Below, piece after piece: positions 35,284 to 43,661 of a stretch of 64,000 bases of DNA; the stretch's first letter is position 1; every line of letters begins with the position of its first letter. The stretch comes from Treponema sp. (GTDB taxonomy: Bacteria; Spirochaetota; Spirochaetia; Treponematales; Breznakiellaceae): assembly GCA_031268385.1 (NCBI GenBank), contig JAIRXH010000036.1, forward strand, positions 3,584 to 67,583, in the 5' to 3' direction. The translations under genes were made by a program, and so were the position numbers. Under the pieces are notes generated by a model. The model worked only from the letters and a program-made list of their open reading frames with translations. It was not told where the DNA came from and made no database searches.

Positions 35284-36792
35284 TTACTCCTTGGGATTGA
35301 TATCCATTTCTTTTATCAGCCGCGATAAATAGGTTCTCTGTATGTCAAGAACCCTGGCTGTTTCCGTCTGGTTCCAGTTGTTCTGTTCAAGCACTCTTCT
35401 GATGAAGTGGATCTTGAACGTGTTGATGGCCGTCTTGAGGCTCCGGTCCCCTTCCTGTTCCGCCGTGCCGGAAGGGTACTTGAAAAAAAGATCCTCCCGG
35501 CTTATCCATTTGTTCCTGCCTATGACGCAGGCCCGTTCCACGCAGTTTTCAAGTTCCCGTATATTGCCAGGCCAGGAATAGGACAGCATGGCCTTCATGG
35601 CCTCGTCCGAGAATCCCTCAAACTGTTTTTTGGTTTCCCTGGTAAATTTTTTGAGAAAAAAAGACGCGAGTTCGGGAATATCCTCGGGACGCTGCCTCAG
35701 GGGGGGAATATAGATGGGAAGTACGTTGAGCCTGTAGTACAAATCGCTTCTGAACTCTCCCCTCTCCACAAGGGCCTCAATATCCTTGTTGGTCGCCGCC
35801 AGTATGCGCACGTTTACCGTTATGGAATTGTCGGACCCCACCTTCTCAAAAGTTTTTTCCTGTATCACCCTGAGCAGTTTTGACTGGAGTGAAAGCGAGA
35901 GATCTCCTATTTCATCAAGGAAGATCGTTCCCCCGTCGGCCATTTCAAAACGGCCCTGCCTGTTGGCGATGGCGTTGGTAAAGGCCCCTTTGACATGACC
36001 GAAGAGTTCGCTTTCAAGAAGCCCCTCCGGCAGCGCGGCGCAGTTCACCCGTACAAAAGGATCGTTCTTGCGGTTGCTGCGCAGGTGTATCTGCTCGGCG
36101 AAGATCTCTTTTCCTACCCCGCTTTCGCCGAGGATCAGCACCGAAGAATCGGTCTTGGCCACCCTGTCTATGATCTCGATTTTTTCAAGGATGATGGGGC
36201 TCTTTGCCACCAGCGTATGATATCCCTGATCGGTTTTAAGCTGATCCTGAAGGATCTGAATTTCATTCCACGCCTTTTCTATGCTTTTCGCGTTGGTGAT
36301 GGCCAGCGCCGCCTGGTTGGCGAAAATTTCAAGCCACTCCAGATCTTCCTGAACAAAATCTTTTTCATCTTTTTTGTTGAGCAGTTCTATGACCCCTATG
36401 CATTCATCCTTGATCCGCATGGGAACGGCCATCATGGTTTTCGAGGGATAGTTGATGTGGTTGGAAATGGCGCGCAGATGCCGTTTGTCGCTTGGCACGT
36501 CGTTAATGATGATGGACTTGTTGTGCCGGGCAACCCAGCCGGCTATGCCTTCACCCAGCTTCACGGTGAACTGCTTGACATCGGGCCCCTTGTTTCCAAG
36601 GGCGACCTCAAAGTACAGCTCCTGGTTTTCCTTGTCCACAAGCAGCATGCTCGACGCCTCTCCCCCGCACAGCCGCGTTGCCGAATCAAGAATCTGGGTA
36701 AGAAGGGCGTGAACATCCTGATAATTCGAGTTGATGAGAGTATTAATCTCAATGAGAGTATTGAATTTCTGAACGTCGATTTTTGACAGCAT
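35284..36792 (-). CDS. sigma-54-dependent transcriptional activator (GAF - AAA+ - Fis-type HTH)
   Basis: GAF domain (LLVDKENQELYFEVALG), Walker A (GESGVGKE), Walker B (TIFLDEIG), an L1 loop reading GAFTNA, and an HTH (NQTETARVLDIQRTYLSRLIKE). Confidence 0.9.
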   Translation of the reverse strand: MLSKIDVQKFNTLIEINTLINSNYQDVHALLTQILDSATRLCGGEASSMLLVDKENQELYFEVALGNKGPDVKQFTVKLGEGIAGWVARHNKSIIINDVPSDKRHLRAISNHINYPSKTMMAVPMRIKDECIGVIELLNKKDEKDFVQEDLEWLEIFANQAALAITNAKSIEKAWNEIQILQDQLKTDQGYHTLVAKSPIILEKIEIIDRVAKTDSSVLILGESGVGKEIFAEQIHLRSNRKNDPFVRVNCAALPEGLLESELFGHVKGAFTNAIANRQGRFEMADGGTIFLDEIGDLSLSLQSKLLRVIQEKTFEKVGSDNSITVNVRILAATNKDIEALVERGEFRSDLYYRLNVLPIYIPPLRQRPEDIPELASFFLKKFTRETKKQFEGFSDEAMKAMLSYSWPGNIRELENCVERACVIGRNKWISREDLFFKYPSGTAEQEGDRSLKTAINTFKIHFIRRVLEQNNWNQTETARVLDIQRTYLSRLIKEMDINPKE

Positions 36793-36821
36793 ACCATACC
36801 ATTAGTCCAACGCCCCCGGTT

Positions 36822-39227
36822 TCAGTCAGTATCGGAACTGCCCTTTGATTTCAGGAAATCCCCCAGGGTAAAGGTGGAACCGTCAGACTCCTCAGCCGCC
36901 ATATAGCGGGAAATTTCTTCCCGCTGTACCTTCTTGCGGTAATCCCGTATCGAGAAAGCTACCTTCTGTTTGTCGGGCTGTATCTCCAAAACCACCGCCT
37001 TGACCTTGTCTCCCGGCTGGAACTTTTTGAGGGCTTCTTCCGGATCTTCGTCGCGGTTTTCAGAAAGATTGGTTTTGTGAATGAGCCCCTCAATGCCGCC
37101 GGGAACACGGACAAAGATGCCGAACTCGGTGACGGACGCGACCTCCCCTTCCACAGGGGTACCCGGTTTGTAGGTTTCGGCGAAGCTCCTCCAGGGATCT
37201 TCGGAAAGCTGTTTGATGCCAAGCCGTATGCCGTGGTTTTCGCGGTCAATGCCTGTTACCATGACCTCAATTTCCTGCCCCGTTTCAAGTTCGCTTCCCG
37301 GATGTTTTACCTTCCTTGTCCACGACATATCGTCCCCGTGGAGGAAACCGTCTATCCCCTCCTCCAGTTCCACAAAGGCCCCGGCATTGGTGATCTTGAC
37401 TACCTTGCGGGTAAGCCTCGTTCCCACGGGGTATTTTTCTTCAATGCCGTCCCATGGATTGGCGGTTACCTGTTTGAGACCCAGCGACACCCTCCCCGCC
37501 TGCAGATCATAGCCGAGGATCATACATTCCACGATGTCGTTGGATTTGAGCACCTCTCCGGGTTTCTGGACCTTCTTCACCCAGGAAAACTCGGAAATGT
37601 GGGCCAGCCCCTCTATTCCCTCTTCCAGTTCAATAAAGGCGCCGAAATCGGTGAGTTTGGTCACTTTACCCTTTACAACATCGTTAACGTGGTATTTGTC
37701 TTCAAAGTGCACCCACGGATCGTCGGTAAAATGCTTGAGGGAAAGGTTGATGCGCTTTTCCTCGGGATCTATGCGTATGACCTTGAGCTGTATCTCCTGC
37801 CCCTTTTTGACAAAGTCTTTGGGACGCGTCACGTGCCCCCAACTCATGTCGTTAATATGGAGCAGGCCGTCAAAGCCTCCAAGGTCGATAAACGCGCCGA
37901 ACGAGGTAAAGCTCTTGACCGTTCCGGTAACGTCCGTACCTATGGGGGTATTCTTGAGGAATTCGTTCCGCTTCCGCTCTATTTCCTCTTCCATCCATTT
38001 GCGGCGGTTGACGACGATGTTTACTTTGCCGTCCGAATAGAGGCGCTCAACATAGAAACTGCTTTTGAGGCCGAGGAATTTTTCCGGCTTGTCCACCTTC
38101 TGCGCGTCCGACTGGCTGATGGGAAGGAATGCCTTTGCCCCCGCGCCAAGGTTGATGTCAAAACCGCCCTTGACGATCTTCTCGAAAGTTCCCTCGATGG
38201 TAGTGTGATCCTGGAAAGCCTGACGAAGGTTTTTCCAGAAGATCTTGACATCGGCTTTCTGTTTGGAGACTATCACCTCTCCATGCTTGTTTTCCTTCAT
38301 GACCAGAATGACCTGAACGGCGTCGCCCACGGCGGGCAGTTCGGCAAATTCGGAAATGGGAATCTTGCCTTCGGATTTGTAACCGACGTCGACAAACACC
38401 TGATCCGCCGTCACCTGAATGACGACGCCTTCAATGAGCTGGCCTTCTTCAAGCTGTTCCAGGGATTTTAGATATTCTTCCTGCAGCTGCGTCTGGATGC
38501 TGCCGGCGGAATCTTTCGCCGCGTCCATCGGACCAGTGCCCGATTCCACTTCCGTCTGAGTCATTACTGTTCCTTTTCCTTTATCCGTTATCTTCTGTAC
38601 CAATGTGGCATAAACTTGTTCAATGGTCAAGTCCGACGTATCAATATAATCAACTCCGGGGGCTATTGCAAGGCTCCCCTCCTCCTTGTGCCTGTCTATT
38701 TCGTCCCGTTCCAGTATGGACCTGAGTATTTCTTCCAGACTGAGGGCGGAAACCCCCTGATCGAAGCGCCGTTTCGCCCTGGAATCCGCCGAGGCGTCAA
38801 GGTAAAACCTGTGTTCCGCCCGCGGGAATACGACGGTGGTCATGTCCCGTCCTTCCACCACCGCGTTACGGTCCTGGGCGATGCGCCTGATATGCCCGTT
38901 TACCACATGTCTCAGCGGCACTATGGCCGAAAACGGCGCCGACAGACGGTCGATTTCGTCGGTGTAGAGGCCGGCGGATACATCTTCCCCGTCAAGGATC
39001 ACCTTTCCGTCACGGTATTCAAGGGACGCCTTTTCGGCGTATTCAACGGCTCTGTCCGGTTCGTCAAGTCCTATTCCCCTTTTCAGACAGCCTGATGCAA
39101 GGGCCCGGTAAAGGCTTCCCGAATTGATGTAGGTAAATCCCCCGCCTTCGCATTTCAGCCGTTCGGCCAAAAGCCGGGCTATGGTACTTTTTCCAGATCC
39201 AGCCGGTCCGTCTATGGCAATTACCAC
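36822..39227 (-). CDS. cmk-rpsA: fused cytidylate kinase / 30S ribosomal protein S1
   Basis: GTG start follows AAGGAG. The N-terminal (M)VIAIDGPAGSGKSTIARLLAERL is the Cmk P-loop. After residue ~230 there are six S1 repeats (GxVxxVxxxGAFVDLG-type motifs, for example TGTVKSFTSFGAFIDLG and KGKVTKLTDFGAFIELE). Confidence 0.9.
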   Translation of the reverse strand: MVIAIDGPAGSGKSTIARLLAERLKCEGGGFTYINSGSLYRALASGCLKRGIGLDEPDRAVEYAEKASLEYRDGKVILDGEDVSAGLYTDEIDRLSAPFSAIVPLRHVVNGHIRRIAQDRNAVVEGRDMTTVVFPRAEHRFYLDASADSRAKRRFDQGVSALSLEEILRSILERDEIDRHKEEGSLAIAPGVDYIDTSDLTIEQVYATLVQKITDKGKGTVMTQTEVESGTGPMDAAKDSAGSIQTQLQEEYLKSLEQLEEGQLIEGVVIQVTADQVFVDVGYKSEGKIPISEFAELPAVGDAVQVILVMKENKHGEVIVSKQKADVKIFWKNLRQAFQDHTTIEGTFEKIVKGGFDINLGAGAKAFLPISQSDAQKVDKPEKFLGLKSSFYVERLYSDGKVNIVVNRRKWMEEEIERKRNEFLKNTPIGTDVTGTVKSFTSFGAFIDLGGFDGLLHINDMSWGHVTRPKDFVKKGQEIQLKVIRIDPEEKRINLSLKHFTDDPWVHFEDKYHVNDVVKGKVTKLTDFGAFIELEEGIEGLAHISEFSWVKKVQKPGEVLKSNDIVECMILGYDLQAGRVSLGLKQVTANPWDGIEEKYPVGTRLTRKVVKITNAGAFVELEEGIDGFLHGDDMSWTRKVKHPGSELETGQEIEVMVTGIDRENHGIRLGIKQLSEDPWRSFAETYKPGTPVEGEVASVTEFGIFVRVPGGIEGLIHKTNLSENRDEDPEEALKKFQPGDKVKAVVLEIQPDKQKVAFSIRDYRKKVQREEISRYMAAEESDGSTFTLGDFLKSKGSSDTD

Positions 39228-40015
39228 GATCCGCTCCTTTTATCCAAATTCCGATTATCCAAACGCCGAATGCCGCGTTTTGCGTTGTTTTCCGCCGCTC
39301 CGTCCAGTCCGGTCAATTCGGCCCCGGAAAGCGGCCTGCTTTTTCCTTCCTCGAGGTTTCCCAGCGGCACGATCCCGATGCGGATACGGCGAAGGAGAAC
39401 GGGATGAAGATGAAAATGGGAAAAAACACGGCGTATTTCCCGGTTTTTCCCTTCAACAAGACGGATGGAGACCGATTTCCGGCCTTTCCTTTCAATCCCA
39501 ATCGCCCGGTAATCGACCCCTTCCACCGTTATGCCGGTGGAAAAAGCCTCGCAGAGCACATCAGGAATGGGACCGGAGGTTTCCACAAAGTATTCCTTCT
39601 CTATTCCCGCCCCCGGATGAGACAGGCGGGCGGCAAAGTCCCCGTCGTTGGTAAAGATGATGAGTCCCGAGGAAAGGTAGTCAAGGCGTCCGACACTGTA
39701 AAGCCGTTCCCGCATGCCGGAAGGCAGAAGATCCAGGGCCAGGGGACGGTTCTCCGGATCGCGGGATGTGCACATATACCCCGGAGGCTTGTTGAGGGCA
39801 AGGTAGCGGAGGCGGGTTTCCATGGTCAATTCCCGGCCGTCAAGGCTTACCCTGTCGTCCGGGAGAACTTTGGTCCCCGGAACGCGCACAATTTCCCCGT
39901 TAACGGAGACCCTGCCTTCGGCGATGAGAAGTTCCGAAGAACGGCGGGAGGCTATTCCGGCGCGGGCAAGAAAGACCTGAAGCCGCGGGGATTTTTCGAT
40001 CTTAGCGCTCTCCAT
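39221..40015 (-). CDS. rluB: RsuA/RluB-family pseudouridine synthase with S4 domain
   Basis: ATG at 40015 gives MESAKIEKSPRLQVFLARAGIASRRSSELLIAEGRVSVNG (S4 domain). The catalytic motif is GRLDYLSSGLIIFTNDG. The track start TTG at 40048 would overlap scpB by 47 nt. Confidence 0.85.
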   Translation of the reverse strand: MESAKIEKSPRLQVFLARAGIASRRSSELLIAEGRVSVNGEIVRVPGTKVLPDDRVSLDGRELTMETRLRYLALNKPPGYMCTSRDPENRPLALDLLPSGMRERLYSVGRLDYLSSGLIIFTNDGDFAARLSHPGAGIEKEYFVETSGPIPDVLCEAFSTGITVEGVDYRAIGIERKGRKSVSIRLVEGKNREIRRVFSHFHLHPVLLRRIRIGIVPLGNLEEGKSRPLSGAELTGLDGAAENNAKRGIRRLDNRNLDKRSGSW

Positions 40016-40541
40016 CAAGTTCAAATCTGTCCGCCTCGCTTTCGCCAAGTTTTGGAAGTTCCGCTATGCTGTTAAGGCGGAAGAGCTTGAGAAACTCCCG
40101 CGTGGTTCCGTATTGAACAGGCTTGCCGGGAATGTCCTTCTTCCCCACCTCGCGGACGAGGAGTTTTTCAAGGAGTATGTGCACCATGTTGTCCGATTCC
40201 ACGCCCCGTATCGCCTTGATTTCGGCCCGGGTCACCGGCTGTTTATACGCGATAATCGTAAGAGTTTCCATGGCCGCCCTTGAAAGCCGGGATTCGTTCC
40301 GCTTTCCGTACCGTTCCTTGAGCTGTTCCCAATATTCCTTTTTGGGAGAAATCATGATTCCCCCTCCAATGCGGGACAGCTCCAGACCCGAATCTTCCCG
40401 GCCGTATTTTGCCTCGAGTTCCGCGAGGGCCGCGTCCACCGTTTCCTTTGAAAGGCCGGATATGCCGCAGAGGTTTCCCCTGTCCAGGGGATCCGCCTCC
40501 AGGTACAGTATGGCCTCAAGCAGCGCCGCTTCTTTTTCCAT
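40002..40541 (-). CDS. scpB: segregation and condensation protein B
   Basis: Matching segments are LLEAILYLEADPL and LSRAAMETLTIIAYKQPVTRAEIKAIRGV. Confidence 0.9.
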   Translation of the reverse strand: MEKEAALLEAILYLEADPLDRGNLCGISGLSKETVDAALAELEAKYGREDSGLELSRIGGGIMISPKKEYWEQLKERYGKRNESRLSRAAMETLTIIAYKQPVTRAEIKAIRGVESDNMVHILLEKLLVREVGKKDIPGKPVQYGTTREFLKLFRLNSIAELPKLGESEADRFELDGER

Positions 40542-41269
40542 TACGCCGCGGTCCTGAACGGCCTTATCAGAATATCCCCGAACATGCGGTTCTGAAAGAT
40601 AACCGCCGTGCGTATCTTTACCGCCTCAAGCATAGCGAGAAATGCGCATACTTTATCCATGCCGGATCCGTTTCGAACGACAAGATCGGTAAAGGTGCAT
40701 TCGCCCCTGGTTTCAAGCAGTTCGGCCAGAAGGGTGATTTTTTCGTTTACCGAAATTTCCTCGTACAGATCGATGATGCGCTCCCCCGAAATATCGCGCA
40801 TGAGGGTGGAAAAGGTCTTCAAAAGATCCCATACGTCTACCTGCTCCCAGAGATCTTCATCCGTAAACGGCAGGGTCCTCTGGAGTTTTTTCCGCTCTAT
40901 TACCCATTCGGCCTCCCTTTCCTTTTCTTCCATAAGTTCCGAAAGCTTTCTGATTTTCTGATATTCGACAAGCTGTTCCACCAGTTCCCGGCGGGGATCG
41001 TCCGCGTCATTCTCGTAACTTTTGCCGGGAAGGAGGGAAACCGATTTGATATACAGAAGCCTGGCCGTCATCACATGGAATTCCGATGCCTCGTCAAGAT
41101 CGAAAACATCGGCCTGGGCTATATAGTCGAGGTACTGTTCCGTTATGCGGGCAATAAAAGTATCGTAGATGTTAATTTCGTTTTTGTTGATTAAAAAAAG
41201 AAGCAGATCCAAGGGTCCTTCAAATTCATTCAATTTGAAATGACGGGAAATTTTTTCGGTGCTTTCCAT
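40541..41269 (-). CDS. scpA: segregation and condensation protein A (kleisin)
   Basis: The motif FKLNEFEGPLDLLLFLINKNEINIYD is present. The stop overlaps the scpB start. Confidence 0.9.
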   Translation of the reverse strand: MESTEKISRHFKLNEFEGPLDLLLFLINKNEINIYDTFIARITEQYLDYIAQADVFDLDEASEFHVMTARLLYIKSVSLLPGKSYENDADDPRRELVEQLVEYQKIRKLSELMEEKEREAEWVIERKKLQRTLPFTDEDLWEQVDVWDLLKTFSTLMRDISGERIIDLYEEISVNEKITLLAELLETRGECTFTDLVVRNGSGMDKVCAFLAMLEAVKIRTAVIFQNRMFGDILIRPFRTAA

Positions 41270-41278
41270 CTTCTGGTA

Positions 41279-41785
41279 TTATACGTCCGTCAGACGGATC
41301 TTTTCAAGTACGTCCCGGAGGTACCCGCCGCCCGCGGGATCCCGTGCGGCGGGAAAAAGTTCAAGAAGCGGTTCCAGGGCAAAGGCCCGCTCTTTGAGGC
41401 GCGGATGGGGAATGACAAGGCCGTCTTCGGCGATAACCATATCGCCGAAAAGGAGTATGTCTATATCAAGCGTCCGTTCTCCCCAGCGCCGCTCGCGGCT
41501 CCGGTCCCGGCCGTACTCGGCTTCAACCGCGTTGACGGCGCACAGGAGATCGCGGGGGCTTCCCCGATAAAAACCCGCCACAGCGGTATTGAGAAAGGCC
41601 GGCTGATCGGTAACATGGACAGGTCTGGTTTTGCGGACGGAGGCCGCCCTTACTCCATCGAGAATACCGGCAAGATCCCCCACAGCCGCCCCGATAATAA
41701 GGCGGGGGCTTCTTCCGTCCGCGCCGGCCCTGTTGGAGCCGAGGCCAAGAACAACCTCGACCGGGGGCCGGATTTCCGGCGTCAA
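41279..41785 (-). CDS. folK: 2-amino-4-hydroxy-6-hydroxymethyldihydropteridine diphosphokinase (HPPK)
   Basis: Motifs are VVLGLGSN, RWGERTLDIDILLFG and IPHPRLKERAFALEPL. The only available start is TTG at 41785. Confidence 0.85.
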   Translation of the reverse strand: MTPEIRPPVEVVLGLGSNRAGADGRSPRLIIGAAVGDLAGILDGVRAASVRKTRPVHVTDQPAFLNTAVAGFYRGSPRDLLCAVNAVEAEYGRDRSRERRWGERTLDIDILLFGDMVIAEDGLVIPHPRLKERAFALEPLLELFPAARDPAGGGYLRDVLEKIRLTDV

Positions 41786-41856
41786 GGTCCCTTCGGGCCG
41801 GTTATGAAGCGGCCACCGGAAAAATGGCCGCGGCCCGCCGTTTCCGGCGGCTGTTT

Positions 41857-43314
41857 TCAGAACAGCCCGTCCTCAGGCGCCTCCGAAAGCGGATTTTTCC
41901 GGGGTCTTCCGGGACCACGGCGCACCGGCGCGGCCGAAGCGAGCTGTTCCCCCGCCCCGGCGGCCTCCGGATACGGAGCGGCCGGTTCCCCGACTGCGAA
42001 ACCCGAAGCCTGGCGCGGCGCGGCGCCGGCCAGGGCGGGATTCCTCCCCGCCGGTCCCGGTCTCGCGGCTTCGGACGGAACCGCGTGAAGCCCGGCGGGC
42101 CTGAAAGCGGTGTCAGGCGCGGCCGGCGGCGGAACCATGTTCAACAGCGAAGCCGCCTCCGGCAGCGGGGCCGCGTCCATGTCCGGCATGGCGCCGGCGG
42201 ACAGGGGCGGATTGGCAGGGACCGCCGCGGCAGGTTTCGCGGGAGCGCTGAAATCCCTGCCGGGGAACATGATCTTGCGGAGCTTTATTTCCACTTCCCT
42301 GGTAAATTCCGGGTGCTGCTCCAGATATTCCTTGGCGCCGTCCCTGCCTTGGGCGATTTTTTCCTCGCCGTAGGAATACCAGGACCCCTTCTTGTCAATA
42401 ATATTGTGTTTCGCGGCGGCGTCAAGGATGCTTCCTGTCGCGGAGATCCCCTTGCCGAACATAAGCTCAAGTTCCGCGCGGCGGAACGGGGGGGCCACCT
42501 TGTTCTTTACCACTTTGACGCGGACCCTGTTGCCGACAGCATCGTCTTCCCCCTTCTCTATGGTTTCGGTTTTACGGACTTCAACGCGGACGGAAGAGTA
42601 GAATTTGAGGGCGTTTCCACCCGTCGTGGTTTCGGGGTTGCCGAAGAAAACCCCTATCTTCATGCGTATCTGGTTGATGAAAACAATAATGGTACGGGAT
42701 TTTCCCAGTATGGCGGTCAGTTTCCGCATGGCCTGGCTCATAAGCCGGGCCTGAAGCCCCATCTGGGCATCCCCCATTTCACCGTTGATTTCCGCCTGGG
42801 GGGTAAGGGCCGCCACGGAATCCACCACGATAACATCCACCGCGCCGGAACGGACCAAGCTTTCGGTAATTTCAAGCGCCTGTTCCCCGGAATCGGGCTG
42901 GGATATCCACAGATCGTCTATGTTGACCCCGAGGTTTTTGGCGTATATCGGATCCAGCGCGTGTTCGGCGTCAACAAAGGCCGCTATGCCGCCCAATTTC
43001 TGGGCTTCCGCTATGGCGTGAAGGGCCAGCGTTGTTTTGCCCGAAGATTCGGGGCCGTAGATTTCGATAATACGCCCCCTGGGATACCCCCCTATGCCAA
43101 GGGCTTCATCCAGCAGTATGGAACCTGAAGGGATGATTTCTATCCCCGCCGCGTTGATGTGGGATCCCAGCTTCATGAGCAGGCCGGACCCGTACTGTTT
43201 TTCAATCTGCAGACGGGCCGCTTCAAGGGCCTTTTCTTTTTCCTCGGCGGAAACCAGAGGACTCCTGTTCCTGTCGGGGATCTTTGATTTTTCCGAATCG
43301 TTTGTCTTTGCCAT
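41857..43314 (-). CDS. recA: recombinase RecA with a long Pro/Ala-rich C-terminal extension
   Basis: ATG at 43314 is preceded by GGGGGAGGG. Motifs are [16 protein letters not shown] (Walker A), IVVDSVAAL and [28 protein letters not shown]. The core ends near residue 349, and 136 further residues follow before the stop. Confidence 0.95.
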   Translation of the reverse strand: MAKTNDSEKSKIPDRNRSPLVSAEEKEKALEAARLQIEKQYGSGLLMKLGSHINAAGIEIIPSGSILLDEALGIGGYPRGRIIEIYGPESSGKTTLALHAIAEAQKLGGIAAFVDAEHALDPIYAKNLGVNIDDLWISQPDSGEQALEITESLVRSGAVDVIVVDSVAALTPQAEINGEMGDAQMGLQARLMSQAMRKLTAILGKSRTIIVFINQIRMKIGVFFGNPETTTGGNALKFYSSVRVEVRKTETIEKGEDDAVGNRVRVKVVKNKVAPPFRRAELELMFGKGISATGSILDAAAKHNIIDKKGSWYSYGEEKIAQGRDGAKEYLEQHPEFTREVEIKLRKIMFPGRDFSAPAKPAAAVPANPPLSAGAMPDMDAAPLPEAASLLNMVPPPAAPDTAFRPAGLHAVPSEAARPGPAGRNPALAGAAPRQASGFAVGEPAAPYPEAAGAGEQLASAAPVRRGPGRPRKNPLSEAPEDGLF

Positions 43315-43397
43315 GTTTTTTCCCTCCCCCTTTATATGGCATCTATCTACGCCACGCTTCAATGATTTTCCAAAAAATATCACAAATCGCCGGTAAA

Positions 43398-43426
43398 ATA
43401 ATACTATACAGATGTTTATATGTCAA
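43398..43426 (-). promoter_or_regulatory. sigma70-type recA promoter
   Basis: On the minus strand: TTGACA (43426-43421), a 17-nt spacer, then TATTAT (43403-43398). This gives a ~75-nt 5' UTR ending in a strong SD. Confidence 0.5.
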
Positions 43427-43481
43427 TCGAATATATGAAAACATTCCCCGAGATGCCTCATTTTAAAATACTACTGAAACC

Positions 43482-43582
43482 GGAGTTTTGCGGTTCTTCG
43501 GCCCTTGGCGCGGTCTGCCTGAATTCCCGCAGCCACCAAAGTCCACATGGTACGAAGCATACACGCCATGCCGCAAAACTCC
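43482..43582 (+). promoter_or_regulatory. candidate structured leader (aptamer-like three-helix element) upstream of prs
   Basis: A perfect 12-bp closing helix pairs GGAGTTTTGCGG (43482-43493) with CCGCAAAACTCC (43571-43582). It encloses two hairpins at about 43505-43539 and 43546-43570. Confidence 0.4.
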
Positions 43583-43585
43583 CCA

Positions 43586-43636
43586 GCCGAAGCCAAAGCG
43601 CAGCTTCGGCTTCGGCCGCTCCCTGTACTTTTTTTT
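43586..43636 (+). terminator. hairpin plus T8 tract (possible attenuator/expression platform) before prs
   Basis: GCCGAAGC-caaagcgca-GCTTCGGC, then a second CTTCGGC copy, then TTTTTTTT at 43629-43636. The prs ATG is at 43662. The U-tract is not flush with the stem. Confidence 0.35.
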
Positions 43637-43661
43637 CCGCTTCATGTAAACTGTCTGCAGG

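Noticed and set aside
36491-36508. TGGCAC-N5 sequence resembling the -24 element of a sigma54 promoter. Other TGGCAC hits lie at about 13053 and 28881.
   Set aside because: No TTGC-type -12 element is present at the right spacing, and all hits lie inside coding regions. I found no convincing sigma54 promoter in any intergenic region.
43315-43383. The upstream extension of the recA ORF ([23 protein letters not shown]).
   Set aside because: The strong SD (GGGGGAGGG) sits inside it, directly before ATG 43314. RecA homology starts after that ATG.
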